DNA of 63,233 bases, filler included, from Gonapodya sp. JEL0774 (Eukaryota), in the NCBI GenBank assembly GCA_027604505.1. It is 29 parts of 29 records of this genome, joined end to end, with 100 filler letters (N's around TTAATTAATTAA, not from the genome) between each part and the next. Parts side by side here need not be neighbours in the genome. Positions count along the whole stretch, not along the records: positions 61,165 to 63,233 come from JADIIX010002280.1; 28 more parts are not named here. One strand, 5' to 3'. Below the pieces are notes generated by a model. It saw only the letters and a program-made list of their open reading frames with translations. It had not been told where the DNA came from and made no database searches. Below, in pieces: positions 61,165 to 63,233 of the stretch. Every line of letters starts with the position of its first letter. Position 1 is the stretch's first letter. A program made the translations under genes and the position numbers.

Positions 61165-63233
61165 TCTCTCTCTCGGACGATATTTGGAGAATGTTGCCAA
61201 GGGACAAACCTCCAGTGCCCTTTCTGGTCTCGTGAGTCTACGCCCAAAGGAAGCTACCATCCTGATCTTCGACACCGAAGGAGCCGTTCAGGATGAGCGC
61301 CGAGTCCCAGCAAGCACACTCCGCCCCATGGATTTGTTTCGAGTGGCACCAGGTGAAGGGTTTCCAACGGACGGTGTTGTCGTCTCAGGAACATCGTACG
61401 CAGATGAATCTCTAGTCACCGGTGAACCTCGTCCCGCCCGGAAGTCCACGGGCTCCCATGTAATTGGAGGCTCGATAAATGCGAATGGGAGCCTAGATGT
61501 TCGTGCTACAAGAGTTGGAGCAGATACGACATTGGCGCAAATCGTCCAGCTGGTTGAAGAGGCACAGATGGCAAGAGCCCCAGTTCAGGAGGTTGCGGAC
61601 AGAGTGGCTGGAGTGTTCGTGCCGGTAATACTTGCATTAGGATTGATCACGTTTGCAACATGGATGGTAAGCTGTGAGCGCGTACTCTTTCTGCTGATCA
61701 TCTATGTTACGTCTGCTGGTCATCTGTGCTACATACATTTAACGCCAACCTGGTCCTAAAATGCGATTTAGTGTTTGCTGTATCTCCGTCCTTCCTTGAT
61801 ATATTCTCTATTCGGAACACCCGACGAGACTGCAATTTCCGTCGCTCTAAAGCTCACAATCTCCACTGTCGTTATTGCATGCCCGTGTGCTCTAGGACTG
61901 AGTGTTCCCACTGCGGTAATGGTGGGCACGGGTGAGTGCCTTTCAAGGTCACATTTTCTGCCAGAGAATGCCTTTGACACCACCAACTAATTCAAGGTGT
62001 GGGTGCAAAAAGAGGAATCTTCATCAAGGGTGCTTCGTCTCTTGAAGAAGCCGGGAAAATTAATGTTGTGGTGTTCGACAAGACTGGAACGTGAGCGATA
62101 AAAATCTGAAATTGCTTTCTAGCACCCATGGGCTATTGATTGTCTGAATATTTCCTCACTTAAGACTCACCAAGGGAAAGCTCGAAGTAACAAACGCTTC
62201 TACTCCGAAAATCACCGAGCGGGACGACACTAGCAACGCAGCGATGGTCGAGTCCTCGAACTATCCTAGCAATATCTTCTGGAAGTGCGTCTGGGCAATC
62301 GAATCTCGCAGCGGTCAGTACAATTGCAGAACGCTGACATCATCATTTGATGATGTTCCAGAGCAAAAGTTTTAATACGTCCCTTGAAACACTTCCGTCT
62401 TTCAGAACACCCGCTCGGAAAGGCAATCGTGAACTACATTGTCGATCAGAACTTGATACTCCCACGGGAGAGGACGGAAATTACTGTAAAAGATTTCCGA
62501 GCAGAACCGGGCTTCGGAGTCAGCGCCCGCGTTCAGATATCGTCTTCCGATTCCGAAACTGCAAGCCACGAAGTCTTAATCGGAAACGTGTCACACCTTG
62601 AAAATGCCGGTGTTGCAATTGCCCCGTCAATCCAGATCGAGATCAACCGCCTTTCTCTAGAGGCACGGACCGTCATTGTTGTGGCAGTCGATAATGTCTA
62701 CAGTGGAATGCTCGCTCTCGCGGATCAAGTAAAGCACGAAGCTCGGGCCACTGTCTGTATGTTGAGAGATCTCGGCATGGATGTTTTCATGGTCACAGGT
62801 GACGCGAGAGCGACCGCACTTGCGGTTGCTCGCCAACTCGCAATTGACGAAAATCAGGTTTTTGCGTCTGTGACACCGTCAGGGAAGGAGGACATTGTGT
62901 TACAGCTAAAAATCCCCCGGACCGGAGTGAAGCCTCGCCACGTTGCGGTAGTTGGTGACGGGATCAACGACTCGGTTGCACTGTCGCGAGCCGATCTTGG
63001 GATAGCCGTTGCAACCGGAACAGATGTGGCGCTCGAAGCTGCGCATGTGATTTTGATGAGAAGCGATCTCACAGACGTGGTTGCTGCCATTTACCTTGCT
63101 CGAACTATTGTCAGGAGAATCCGGTTCAATTTTGTCCTCTCGTCTATCTACAATTTGGTCTCCGTGCCTTTGGCAATGGGGTTCTTGGTTCCCATTGGAA
63201 TTCAAATGCCACCAGTCGTTGCGGGAGTGTGCA
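61165..63233 (+). CDS. CCC2: P1B-type copper-transporting ATPase, internal multi-exon fragment
   Basis: [55 protein letters not shown] motif near the end. Confidence 0.95.

Overview
This window is not one continuous locus. It is 29 contigs of about 2.07-2.09 kb, sorted by decreasing length and joined by 28 artificial 100-nt spacers (44 N + TTAATTAATTAA + 44 N), so adjacency across a spacer has no biological meaning. Most contigs hold fragments of intron-rich eukaryotic genes with GT-AG introns, consistent with an early-diverging (chytrid/monoblepharid-like) fungus; that taxonomy is inferred. Recognisable genes: SEN1, DOA4/USP8, a dual-specificity phosphatase, ankyrin and F-box-ankyrin proteins, ZRANB2, prefoldin 2, a Y_phosphatase3 enzyme, MPG1/PSA1, a ZIP transporter split over two contigs that overlap by exactly 77 nt, a Crinkler (CRN) effector, BCAT, an alkenal reductase, an SDR, MsrA, a PB1-SH3 protein, an atypical Ser/Thr kinase, RIO1 and CCC2. 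Four contigs carry Ty1/copia pieces, two with a half-tRNA(iMet)-type PBS and one with a complete 275-bp LTR. The most unusual contig (56822-58893) is intronless and gene-dense, with overlapping ORFs, a class-V aminotransferase and palindromic tandem repeats; it is a candidate giant-virus or horizontally acquired fragment. All calls come from reading motifs by eye, with no database search, and exon boundaries are approximate unless stated.
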